Shown here one piece after another: positions 24,994 to 36,789 of a stretch of DNA of 64,000 bases (position 1 is the first letter of the stretch; the number at the start of each line of letters is the position of its first letter). The translations under genes were made by a program, and so were the position numbers. Where the stretch lies: the NCBI GenBank assembly GCA_951406725.2, contig OX597818.1, forward strand, positions 107,942,001 through 108,006,000, read 5' to 3'. Source of the stretch: Octopus vulgaris. Lineage: Eukaryota. The notes beneath the pieces were generated by a model. The model ran no database searches. It had not been told where the DNA came from and was given only the letters and a program-made list of their open reading frames with translations.

Positions 24994-25552
24994 ACAGACA
25001 GACAGATTCAGTTGAATTAGGTACTTAAGTTGAAGCACCAAAATTTACTCAGTGTTTAACTTTCTACATTGGCTGGAACATAATGTCTCTTCTGGAAAGT
25101 GATCGATATTATTCCAGAATTACATGAATAAGCAACAAATGTAGATGGCATAAATATGACACAGCTCTAACAGTGCTTGGGAAACTAATGTGGGGCCATG
25201 TGAACTGGTTTCATCATGAGGATATTAATCTTGTATTATTGTTAAAGCAATACAACGAAACCCAGAAGGAATGTCTTGATGCATTTCTAAGACCCATTCA
25301 GGCCCTGATGAATTCAGTTGACTGTACAAGATTAAGTCAGAATTGTGTGGAATGAAAGTCCACATTATTGCTGATTTCAGAGATGTTCCTGGTCTCTGTA
25401 GAAGACTATGGGTATTCCAAACTGCAGGTATCAGAAATGGTGGGTAACCCAAACTGTGGGTATCCCAAATGGTGGGTATCAATAGACAAGACTGATCCAC
25501 TGTTGAGTCTATGACTCATGCTTATTCATAAGGAGAGTCAATGTTGATATCA

Positions 25553-25771
25553 TTCTTTTCTACTGTTGGCACAAAGCCCGAAACTTTAAGGGAGGGGGCC
25601 AGTGTGGATTAGATCGACCTCAGTACACAACTGGTACTTAATTTATTGACCCCCGAAAGAATGAAAAGCAAAGTTGACCTCAGCGGAATTTGAACTCAGA
25701 ACGTAAAGACAGACAAAACACCACTAAGCATTTCACCCTGCATGCTAACATTTCTGCGAGCTCGCCGCCTT
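25553..25771 (-). mobile_element. tRNA-derived SINE family C
   Basis: Reverse complement AAGGCGGCGAGCTCGCAGAAATGTTAGC...GAGTTCAAATTCC (B box); matches 54229-54459 with a different 3' tail. Confidence 0.85.
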
Positions 25772-26327
25772 AATGTTGAGACTATTAGAAAGCTTATGAC
25801 GATGTTACATTGGCTGATTCTACATTCTCAAGAGTTTCTTCCCTCTGTAATGTGAGTTTAAGTACTCCCATAGTTGCAATGCAACTCGTTTTTCTCTGGT
25901 CCATACAATAACTACCAGTCATATACTGAGGTTCATTCCCATCATTATGACCTTTCCTTAAAAAATATTTGACCTTGTTGCTGATTTAAGAAATCAATAC
26001 CCATTAATTAGTTTGACTTGGTATTAATTATACTCTTGTTTTGTGGAAAAAAATGGAATCAGAGTAAAAAAAAAAAACCTGATTAAATTGTAAACAGTTT
26101 TATATAGGATGATAGGAAATGATTCATTCAGTTTATGTCTTTTTTTTTTTTTTGTTTTCTCAAAGTATTGATGTTATGAATGATACAGCAATAAATAAAT
26201 ATTATCCCAAACCTCTAAAGTAAACAACTGAAGGAAAAGGAGAAAGAAGAGGAGGCAGAGGAGGAGGAGGAGTGAAGAAGTATGTCTTTATCGAAGTGTG
26301 TGGAGGAAAATATGTAAATATATCTTC

Positions 26328-26535
26328 TATCATTTACTTGTTTCCGTCATTAGACTGCGGCCAGGCTGGAGCACTGCCTTGAAGAATGTTTTGTTGAATG
26401 AATCGAGTCGCAGTACTAATTTTATTTTTTTAAACTTGGTATGTATTCCATCGGTCTTTTTTATCAAATTGTTTACTTACATGTAAACATCCTCTATCAC
26501 TTGTCAAGGAGTGGTGCGGGACAAACGCATACACA
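26328..26535 (-). mobile_element. SINE family A 3' half, diverged
   Basis: TTTACTTGTTTCCGTCATTAGACTGCGGCCAGGCTGGAGCAC matches the reverse complement of the family A tail. Confidence 0.65.
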
Positions 26536-26549
26536 CATATATAATATAT

Positions 26550-26883
26550 TGCGATAGATGCACAGGGGCAATAGACACCACAGATACTCAGAAAACAGAT
26601 TCCATCACACCCCAGGGGGAGAAACTAGAAGTAGTTGATGGCTGACCAAGTTAGTAGTGGAGGTGGATGCTCAGAAAATGTCACCACTAGAATATGAATA
26701 GCCTGGGCAAAGTTTAGAAAGCTTCTACCCCTACTGGGTCTCTTGCTCAGGGTGAAAGGTAGATTGTACGATGCATGTGTGCAAACTGCCATGCTTCACA
26801 GTAGTGAAACATGGGCTGTGACTGCAGAGAACATGCGTAGGCTTGAAAGAAATGAAGCTAGCATGATTCGCTGGATGTGTAAT
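26550..26883 (+). mobile_element. RTE LINE ORF2 fragment
   Basis: GEKLEVVD...DQVSSGGGCSENVTTRI*IAWAKFRKLLPLL..LRVKGRLYDACVQTAMLHSSETWAVTAENMRRLERNEASMIRWMCN. Confidence 0.9.
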
Positions 26884-27084
26884 TGTTCTTTAAAATTATA
26901 AAATGGTGACAATTTACCCATCACACCCTGTGTGTGTGTGTGTGTGAGTGCAAGTGTGTGTGTAAGCATGTGTGTGTGTGTATTTGACTATAACATCATT
27001 TATATCAACATTAGAAGGATGCATGATTGATGTTCAAAGGGATTTGAACTTGGAATGTCAAGTGTTGGAGCAAATATCAGCTCT

Positions 27085-27251
27085 GCTGAGTGGTTGGTGT
27101 TGGGAAGGGCATCCAGCTGTAAAATTTCTGCCAAAACAATCACAGAAGCCTGGTGTAGGTTTCAGCCTGGGCGGCTCTTGTGGTATTGTCTCACCCATGC
27201 TAGCATGGAATGCAGACATTAAACGATGATGATGATGATGATGATGATGAT
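27085..27251 (+). mobile_element. SINE family B 3' part
   Basis: GGAAGGGCATCCAGCTGTAAAA core and (GAT)n tail. Confidence 0.8.
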
Positions 27252-28183
27252 ATTTGTTCCAACACTTAGTCTGAGACTCTAAAGAGTTCACGACCTTAGC
27301 ACTGGCACTGTTTATGGAAGAGAGTAGCATCACTGGTGTGATCCCTATTTATCCAACAATCAGTTGTTCCATTGTTGTTTATGTTTTGGGTTATAAACCC
27401 AAGGCCCTTCACAAAGTAGAAACCCTTACTCTCTCAACCTGTTATTTAATCTTGGGCCAAACAAGATTAAGTAAAACCTTTAAACAAGAGCAGTCCAACT
27501 TTAATCACAGAATTGTTTAGGGATACCTAAGAATTATGCATTCTTTTGTCTTTGTAAGTTTGTTATTTGATTCCTTTAATCAATTTAGCCCAAAATTGCA
27601 GATTCTGGTGAAATTACATTCATTCTAATATTCTGCAAAACATTTCGATTTTCTCAGTATTTGATAAAAGTTTTTATAAATGAACAATTCTGTAGCTCCA
27701 TTAAAACTTACCTTCTAACATATTTTCGATTACTGAAATAGTTGAATCTTCTTAGTAACTAAAAGCTAAATACTTAAAGTTCATTAAAATCTATTCTATG
27801 GTTATTGAAATTGTACTCTTTGTCATTTTTCCTATAACCATTCCTCATCTATGCTACAGACTTTATAGAGCTGTACTCAAACATTTTATCAAGTTCACAC
27901 CAGTAGTTGTATCTTATGGAATACCAATATTTCGCCTCTCAAACTTGTGACATATTGGGCAGCCTCATGACTTGTGATAGACACACCAAGAACTCTAAAG
28001 CTGCTTTAAGGCCATTGAATTTGTGATCATTCATCAAACATAACCAAAAGGTTTTGCATTATTGACTCAATGTGTCCTGTTATGGTTTTTATAATCTCTC
28101 AACGTAATATGAATTACAATAATTTGAAAATAGATTTAACATGCTAAGTAATGTTACTCTACAATGAAAATATGAAGAATTCT

Positions 28184-28475
28184 CATCATTCATCATCATC
28201 ATCGTCATCATCATCATCATCATTTAACATCCGTTTTCAATGCTGGCATGGGTTGGATGGTTGGACAGGAACTGGCAAGCCAGAAGGCTGCACCAGGCTC
28301 CAAATTTCTGTTGTGGCATGGTTTCTATGGCTGGATGCCCTTCCTAACAGCAACCACTTTACAGAGTGTATTGGCTTTTTTTGAAATTAATACCAATACC
28401 AAAGCTTTATATGCAGCACCAGTATGGATACTGCCTAAGTGGCACCAACACAGGTGCTTTTTCCATGGTGCCAGT
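28184..28475 (-). mobile_element. SINE family B
   Basis: (CAT)n tail and GCTGGATGCCCTTCCTAAC core. Confidence 0.8.
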
Positions 28476-30012
28476 GTGGCTATAGTAATTCCTTAACATA
28501 ATATGAATTACAATAACTTTAAAATAGGCTTAGCATGGCAAATAATGTACAATAGAAATATGGAGAACCAGCTGTAAAATTTGATCTTATAATCTTTAAA
28601 TTCTTCAAGCTTTCTTGAATTCCCTCCCAAAATCCATTTAGCTTGCTCAGCACTGTAGCTGAGCCAAAATCCTATTTCATTTTCACAGTTTCTGATTGAG
28701 TCTTGATAAGATGCAATGTTCCATGGCTTCTAGCTGAAAGCTAACAACTTGAATATTTTAGCTCATGATTATATATTTGAATGGCCATCACTTCAAATAT
28801 TGGATAGATAAGGAAAAATGAATAGCAATTGAAGCTGCTTATTCTTGACTGGAGATTTTAGCAACACAACATAACAACATCAACTAAAATCTCATACATT
28901 TTGTTGAATATTCAGAGTTTAATAGCCTACAGGAAGAAAGCCTCATACAATTCCATATGAATATCAACCTGTGAATTACATTTGAAATCGTTGCAGATTT
29001 GTTAAATCTACTCTAAAAATATTTCAATTTTCAATTTCTCTAGTTTATTTACTCAATTTTATTTCAAATACGATTTTATTTGTTTGCATGTTGCTTGTTT
29101 GTTTGTTTGTTTTGTTTTCATTTTTCTAATATTTATATTTTAAAATACTTTTGATGAAGATTGGTTGCAGAAATGGCAAAACAGTTATGAAGCAAATATA
29201 TATATTTAAATATATCTGAAGAGACTTTCAGTTATTTCATGTGGTTCTAAAGTTGGTCTGGCTCCTCAATATAATATCTTATTGGAAGAGACATTCCTTA
29301 TTCCATTTAATGCTGATTTCAAAATAGCTTCAGGCTTCTCCTTATTTCTTGAAGGAAGAATGGAAGTCGATTGATAATTGTGTTTCATCAGATGGGTGAA
29401 ATCCATCAGGTATATTTATATATCATAATTTACCTTTAGTAACAGAAATAATAACATAGCAAAGCTGAGAGTAGAAGGTGTTTGCACTAGTATGGTATCC
29501 TAAAATAGTCAGGGAAAATTCTGAATTTTGTAAGGCCAGTACAATACAATAGCTATTTCCTTATATAGATGCAGGTGCATGCATGTATACACAATCAAGT
29601 GTTGTATATGCAATACATTTAACTAAATACATTAAAGCTTACAATAATATTTTATATTCCATATTTACATCTGTAGATGCAGAGTAAAAGTATTCAGTTT
29701 CATATTGGCGAGAATGGATGAACAGAGCACTCTGCATCAGTAACAGACATATCAGCTGAGGACCAATATTTCAAATGGTTCAGTTCTTACGCTTGTTTCA
29801 CTAATACAGTATCATCTCATCTTTGTGCATCATTTACATTATGTCATGGGAGTTTGAAACATAAGGATATATCAGGAATAAAATATTTCATTATTTTTCA
29901 AAGTCTCAGACAAAATAATGCAACTGTTACACATAAGTGCAATAAAATTTTATGGAAACATGCAGAAAATAAACAATCCAAAACATCAGTGATACTGATT
30001 TCCTCTTGTTTT

Positions 30013-30057
30013 TTATATATGTATATGTATATATATATATATTTACGCCTGTGTGTA

Positions 30058-30114
<57 letters not shown>

Positions 30115-30124
30115 CCGTCTGTGT

Positions 30125-30193
<69 letters not shown>

Positions 30194-30214
30194 CACACAC
30201 ATGTATGTGTGTGT
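30013..30214. repeat. (TA)/(TG) compound microsatellite
   Basis: Directly visible. Confidence 0.95.
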
Positions 30215-31250
30215 GGCTTAGATATCTCTATTACATTCCATTCATTCAACTCTTAGTTTCCACAGCAACCACCTACATACAGAGTGAGAGAGCTTTTCGA
30301 AAGATTTCTCCAGGATGAGGAATGCACATTTGGAATGTCAATTACCATTTTTGCATATCAACTCATTATGTTCTGCACCACAAACAACCACAAATGCCTC
30401 AAAGTTCTTTAGTATATGTAACAGTGATTCAAATAGTGTTGTTATTTGGGGGTTAAAAATGAACTCAGAGCTGTTCTGGGCATGAAACAAAATTTAGTCT
30501 CAATTTAAAAGACCTTTCTGGGAAAAAAAAAATTCTTGTTTACACCATGTGCATATATGTTTTGCCCAAATTTCTTTTCTCTCTTTGATTTTTGAGCATG
30601 ATAGTACTTGATACGGCAGCCATTGGGTTAGTATTCACTGATTTGCCAATTATTACCTATTTTGGATTTAATTAAAGAATTTGGAGAAAATAATTAGAGT
30701 GGCATTTGCACATCAGCATGGAACCTATAAAGAAACTTACCAATCAAGAACCGAAGGGGAATAAGCCAGGAGTTGATCATTAATGGTTCCATTAGTGATG
30801 TGGGTCTTACAAAACCTTTGGAATTGGTTGAGCATTTTCTTCAAACATTTTTCTGAAGCAATATTTTTCAAGATGAAAGACAAGGCCACAAGGCACACAT
30901 GGAAACAGGGGAACACCAGCTTCGTTACACCAATGGAGGAGACGAATGCTTTATCTGTTGATAGTTGTGCATCTTCCAAATTACAGAAAATACTGCAACA
31001 TATATTCATCTCTGAGACAAGAAATCAATGCTCAGAAATCAATATCTTGCAAATATAAACACCTACATTCAATCACCTTACCTGCATTTATCCTACCTGC
31101 ATCAATGAAAGCAACATGTCAACAGGTAAAGATCAACAACAATGGAATCAAATCACATTCACAATGTATGTCAGAAATGATTGCATCATTTCTCCAAGTT
31201 ATATCCAAATTCCTGCAACAGTTATATTTTCAAAAGTCTTTCTTTTATCA

Positions 31251-31601
31251 CAGGCGTGGCTGTATGGCAAGAAGTTTGCTTCCCAACCACATGGTTCCAG
31301 GTTCAATCCCATTGTGTGCATCTTGGGCAAGTGTCTTTTACTATAGCCTCAGGCTGATCACAGCCTTATCATTGGATTTGGTAGGCAGAAATTAAAAGAA
31401 TCCCATTATCATCATCATCAGCATTATCATCGTTTAACACCTGCTTTCCATGTTGGCATGGGCTGGATGGTTTGTCTGAGACCTGGAAAGCCAAGAGGCT
31501 GCACCAGGCTCCAATCTGATCTGGCAATATTTCTACAGCTGGATGCCCTTCCTAATGCCAACCACTCCAAGAGTACAGTAGATGCTTTTTACGTGATCAA
31601 G

Positions 31602-31650
<49 letters not shown>

Positions 31651-31800
31651 AGATATCTGTGTGTGTGTGCGTGTGCATGTGTACACGTGTGTGTGTGTTT
31701 GTATCTGTGTTTGTTCCCCATTACGGCTTGAAAACTGGTGTTCGTGTGTTTATGTCCCCATAATTTAGTGATTCAGCAAAAAAGACTGACAGAATAAATA
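31251..31800 (+). mobile_element. SINE family A with a family B SINE nested in opposite orientation (approx. 31405-31595)
   Basis: Family A head 31251-31405 and tail part 31690-31800 flank a (CAT)n-led family B copy. Confidence 0.75.
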
Positions 31801-31869
31801 ACATATTGTAACAACTCCCAATGAAAATGATTGGCTGAGAAGTGGGAGTCAAGGATAAATCAAACCCAG

Positions 31870-32560
31870 TTAACACAGAGATGACCATGGACATAACTAT
31901 GGCTATTCCTTTGAACAACAAGCGAAGGGCAAACAACTTTGGATACAAAAGCTGTGCTGTAGGACCTTTGCAACCAAGACAGGCTTGAAGATACATCAGG
32001 GAAAGACTCGCAAGAAGAGGACAGAGCAGTGTGGATCATCTGATTGTAAAACACATGGCAAACAATCCCCAGACTCGAACCACAGCAGATTGATAAATGC
32101 TACAGCAAAGACTTTTTCTGAACAGGAAACTGCAAGTTATGAGACTGGTGCATCAGATAGTACTCGGATGAAACCAAAGGTTCTGTGGCCTGCTGCAAAT
32201 GAGAAAGGAAGAAATGAAGAGTTTGAGAACAAGGTATGTTATGCTCTTTTAGAAAATGACAGGAACTACAGTGGAGAAACTGGAAAAGTTAGCAAGCTCA
32301 ATATATGATACAGGAAAGGCCCAACTCATCATAAAGCAAGTACCACTATGAGTGGTATCCAAACTACAGTGGAAAAGGTCAGCCGCTGGATTTGGTTGAA
32401 AAGAAATGATGAGCAATGGCTAGAAGAATATTGAGCTATATTTAATAACCAGTTGATCGAGCAAACAGGGTCTCATTTCAGTGACAGGTGCTGGCATGCA
32501 ATGATGCCATCAAGAGGTAGGCCCTGAAATGGCGTGCATTCTCTACTGATGACCCCATAC
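31870..32560 (+). mobile_element. HERO-like non-LTR retrotransposon, internally deleted (N-terminus joined to C-terminus and 3' UTR)
   Basis: CCRTFATKTGLKIHQGKTR (cf. C.CGK.CK..RGLKIHQ), KPKVLWPAANEK (cf. IKWP.AN), and VEKVSRWIWLKRNDEQW (cf. AEKASRWLW.KR...W). Confidence 0.7.
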
Positions 32561-32789
32561 ATTTGCTGGCTTCTTGTATGCAGAGCTTTCAACTGGTAGC
32601 ACTTGCATGTGCAAGTTGTTTGCAAAACGTCTGTTCTGTTCACTTCTAGACTGTTTATATCTTACCATTTCCATATTGTACTGAGTTTCTTCAATGGATT
32701 TTGGTTTCTTCAGCCACGAGAGAATGGTTCACTGGATGACACCGTTCTTAGGACCAAATAAAAAACGGGATGACCAAGATTATTAGTAA

Positions 32790-32990
32790 TAATCCTTTCT
32801 ACTATAGACACAAGGCCTGAAATTTTGCAGGGGAAGGCTTGGTCAGTTATATCAACCCCACCACTCAACCAGTACTTATTTTATTGCCCCCCCCTCCCCC
32901 CAAGAATTAAAGGCAAAAATGACCTCACCAGAATTTGAACTCAGACTGTAAAGATGAAAAAATAGCATTATGCATTTCGTCCAGCATCCT
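32790..32990 (-). mobile_element. SINE family C, diverged
   Basis: CTTTCTACTATAGACACAAGGCCTGAAATTT tail and GAATTTGAACTCAG B box. Confidence 0.65.
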
Positions 32991-34249
32991 GTATTGATTC
33001 AACCAGCTTTGATAAAGGTAACAATAGCAAGCTGATTCACATTTGCAGTTGAAAAATGCATCATAGTGACTAAAGATTGATCTTATCGAATGATGTGTCA
33101 TGTAACTTATATTCCCACTAATAAGATGAATTATAAGCTTATTGCAGATAATTAATAGCAAACCTCATTACACACACACACACGTACACATACACACATA
33201 CACATACGCGCGCATATACGCATGCAGAACTCCCCTATTCATTTTCCCATTTAAGTGAATATTGAACTGATGTAAAAAGGTGTTAAGAATTCCTCAGTCA
33301 TGTATCCTTAACATAATTCTCAAGTAGAGAATCAGATTGATATAATGTTTCAAGGCTGGACGTTTGAATTACTGGTAGAGTCCATCGAGAGGGCTTCTCC
33401 ATCGTGCCACAACTATTAGGAATGCTATTTTTAGAAATCTCTCTTCTTCTCTTCTTCTCCCCCGCCCCCATCACAAAGTATTCTGATTCTTTTTGTTCTC
33501 TTTTCGTTTCCTCTTTTTCTAACCAGCAACAACAAAGTTTTATATTAGAAACAGTTTAGCTCATACGCATGGGGATGTATTCTCTCTCTCTCTATATATA
33601 TATATAAAATGTGTGTGTAGATATCTATGTATACTTTAGTAAATTTATTCATTTGCCTGCATATGTATGTATCAGTTTTGTACATGTCAGCATACATATG
33701 TATGTTTTTAGTGGGTGCATGTATAAATGGATGCATGTGTGCATTTGTATGTGAATATCGTGTGTCTATATCTATATTTTTATGCTTTTATATTATCTGT
33801 AAGTGAATATTTTATTATAAACAGATTCACATTTTAATTAAACTTTTTTAATATTAATTAATTTACCGTGGGCATGTATGTTTTGCCTTCTAAACTAAAA
33901 TTTATTTTTGATATTTTTTCAATTTTACACAATAAAATATTTAATTTTACATCATCATTTCTTAAAAAAGCCTTTAGTTGAAGCAACCAAGGAAAATAAA
34001 ACCAAATTTAAATGTGTATCTGTCAATGCAAATTGTACAATAGATTTATACATGTAACCTTAATTCTTGTCCCATTCTTAATCACAACTCTTTGACAAAT
34101 GGGAACATGAAACATTGAGTAGCAGTTTTTTGTGATACTTTCGAGATGTTTTTTCAGCTTTAATGATAAAGCATAAAAACTCTAACTCCAGTATTTGAGT
34201 ACCAATCTTTCCCACCTTGTTTCACTTTTATGTGCTTAAACTGGTATAC

Positions 34250-34299
<50 letters not shown>

Positions 34300-34301
<2 letters not shown>

Positions 34302-34560
34302 CATTATCATCATCATTTAACGACTGTTTTCCAAGCTGGCATGGGTTGGACAGTTTGACAGGAGCTGACCAGCTGAAGGGCTGTTCAGGCTCCATGTCAG
34401 TTTTGGCATGGTTTCTATGGCTGGATGCCCTTCCTAATGTCAACCACTTTACAGGGTGTACTGGGTGCTTTTACACATCATTGGTATGGGTGTTTTTATG
34501 TATCATTGGCATGGGTACTTTTAACGTGACCCCACCACCTACAAGTCCACAAGATTAGGG
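34300..34560 (-). mobile_element. SINE family B
   Basis: Core GCTGGATGCCCTTCCTAATG and (CAT)-like tail. Confidence 0.75.
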
Positions 34561-34857
34561 ATTCCCAGCTGAAGAGAGGTGCAAGGGATAAGGTTGTGTG
34601 CAATGGCTACAAAGAGCTTTTACTTAACTTGACATGTCTTTTCAAGCACAGCAAAGTACCAAGAGACTTGGTCCCCTGTCATCCGTTCTGTGAGTCCCAA
34701 AGTTTGCAGATCCTTTCTTGCCATGTATTATCATCATCATCATCACCATTATTTAACATCCACTCTCCATGCTGTCATGGGTTAGATGGTTTGACTGAGG
34801 CTGATGAGTCAGAGAGCTGCACCAGGCTCAGTCTGATTTAGCATGGCTTCTACAGCT

Positions 34858-35250
34858 GAGGACAGCCGTGTAAAGAAGTGCCAGTCCCTAACTGTGGAGG
34901 GAACCTGTGGTAGAGGTAGGCCCAGGAAGACATGGGATGACGTGGGGAAGCAAGATCTTTGGGCCTCACAGACGCAATGACTGTTCACCAAGATCTTTGG
35001 AGATATGCTGTGCTTGAGATGACCCATCAAGCCAAGTAAAATCGAAGTCGTGACAGATACCAATGTTAAATAAATGGCACCAATGCTGGTGGTACGTAAA
35101 AGCACATTCTGAGTGTTGGGCCTCATGGAGGCAAGGACTAAGACCATTTGGCATTATGCTGGGCTTCAAGTGTTGGGCCCCATGGAGGCAATGACCAAGT
35201 CCATTTGGCATTATGCTATGCTTGAGAAGACCCATTAAGCCAAGGGAAAC
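34858..35250 (+). mobile_element. RTE LINE 3' end with partial duplications
   Basis: EDSRVKKCQSLTVEGTCGRGRPRKTWDDV...DLWRYAVLEMTHQAK*, followed by repeated TTGGGCC.CATGGAGGCAA.GAC segments. Confidence 0.85.
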
Positions 35251-35259
35251 TGTAGTCAG

Positions 35260-35482
35260 GGCAGATACCAGTGTCACACAAACAGCACCAATGCTGGTGG
35301 CACACAAAAGCACTCATTACACTATCGGAGTGGTTGGCATTAGGAAGGGCATCCAGCTGTAGAAACATTGCCAGTTCAGACTGGAGTCTAGTGCAGCCTT
35401 CCAGCTTGCCAGCACTGGTCAAACTATCCAACCCATGCCAGCATGGACAACGAACATTAAATGATGATGATGATGATAATGA
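35260..35482 (+). mobile_element. SINE family B / RTE 3' UTR
   Basis: GGAGTGGTTGGCATTAGGAAGGGCATCCAGCTGTAGAAAC...(GAT)n. Confidence 0.8.
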
Positions 35483-35553
35483 TAATATCCTTCCTAATGC
35501 CAACCAGGAGTATAATGGGTGCTGTTATATGCCATTTACATACATACATATAT

Positions 35554-35666
35554 AAGAGTGTAGGCTCGAAATGTAAAAGACTTTCTCACTTCCCAAGCAT
35601 TAAATTAACACATCTGTTCGTTGTTTACACATCTGTCTTCGTCTTTTGTATTTTTTTATAAATTCT

Positions 35667-35672
<6 letters not shown>
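35554..35672 (+). mobile_element. PLE-like terminal fragment with the 3' half of a minimal hammerhead
   Basis: AAGAGTGTAGGCTCGAAATGTAAAAGA = stem II GAGY-gtag-GCTC, GAAA, YG-TA. CUGAUGA is missing (5' truncated); embedded in TA repeats. Confidence 0.45.
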
Positions 35673-35710
<38 letters not shown>

Positions 35711-35837
35711 CATATATTATATATATATATAAACACAGATGCACACACACACACACACACACATATACATGTGTAGATATGTATTACATATGTATGTATG
35801 CATGATATTAATAGCGTTGTATGAAATTAAGTTAATC

Positions 35838-36525
35838 TGTAAAATGCCCAGCATTTTTAGTCAAAACATGACAGGCAACAAGGGTTGGGCATTTTATTGA
35901 CAAATTGAATTCTGTGAAACCTAAACATCTGTAATACACATCAGGGATGAGAAAATTTTGTAAGCAAATTGCTATTGAAATCTTAAAGAAACCATTCTGA
36001 TGACCATTGCATGATTTTAGTCTCCTAATCATGACAGCTGTCTGAATGGAATCGACATTTAGAATTGCATAAAACATTTTTCCTGGCACAAAAACATTTC
36101 TTCGTTTGACACATGCACCTAATAATTCTTTGCCCAGTTTCCCGATCCTCTCGTGTTGTAACTGACCTGAATAGGATTTGTTTATTCATCCAGATATCTT
36201 CCATTCCCAATAAAGCTTTCTTACACATCACACGGTGTTATCTAAGATAAAAGCAATTTTACTACCCCTTTGTATGTGATGCCCATCTGATACAAATTGT
36301 CCAGGACATCCATGATGACAACCAAAACATTACAAGTGCTTCAACATCCTTTGGTACACACTGGAAATCCAAACTGTGGCATTGAATGAACTTAGTTGTT
36401 GCGAACTTACTGGCAAATTTTGATTGTTTGCAGTTCAGGATTATTTTCAGCATTTTGTTGGTTAGTTGAGAATATTTCAGCCGTTTTGCTTGATACAAAC
36501 TTCACAACCTTCAGTATTCCTGTGA
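35838..36525 (-). mobile_element. KRBA2/SCAND3-like (Ginger-type) DDE transposase C-terminal remnant and element end
   Basis: Minus strand QAKRLK...TGQRIIRCMCQTKKCF.A.RKNVLCNSKCRFHSDSCHD matches the Cys-rich GQG..C.C...C...CNSKCH...C C-terminus. A TGT-type end lies at 35839. Confidence 0.55.
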
Positions 36526-36566
36526 AATGTGAGCTAATACTTTAGTTCCACATAAGGTTAGTAATC

Positions 36567-36782
36567 AATATGTGTGTGTATATGTGTGTATGTGTATGTA
36601 CATGTGCATGTATATATGTGAGTGCGTTTGTGTGTATGTATATATATGTGTACATGTGAGTGTGTATGTGTATTGTATATATGTGTGTACATGTGTGTGA
36701 GTGTGCATGTGTGTACATGTTTGTGTGTGTGTGAGCATGTGTGCAAATGTATGTCCACGTGTGTGTATGAATGTACACATAT
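36567..36782. repeat. Degenerate (TG)/(TA) microsatellite
   Basis: Directly visible. Confidence 0.9.
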
Positions 36783-36789
36783 ATCAAAA

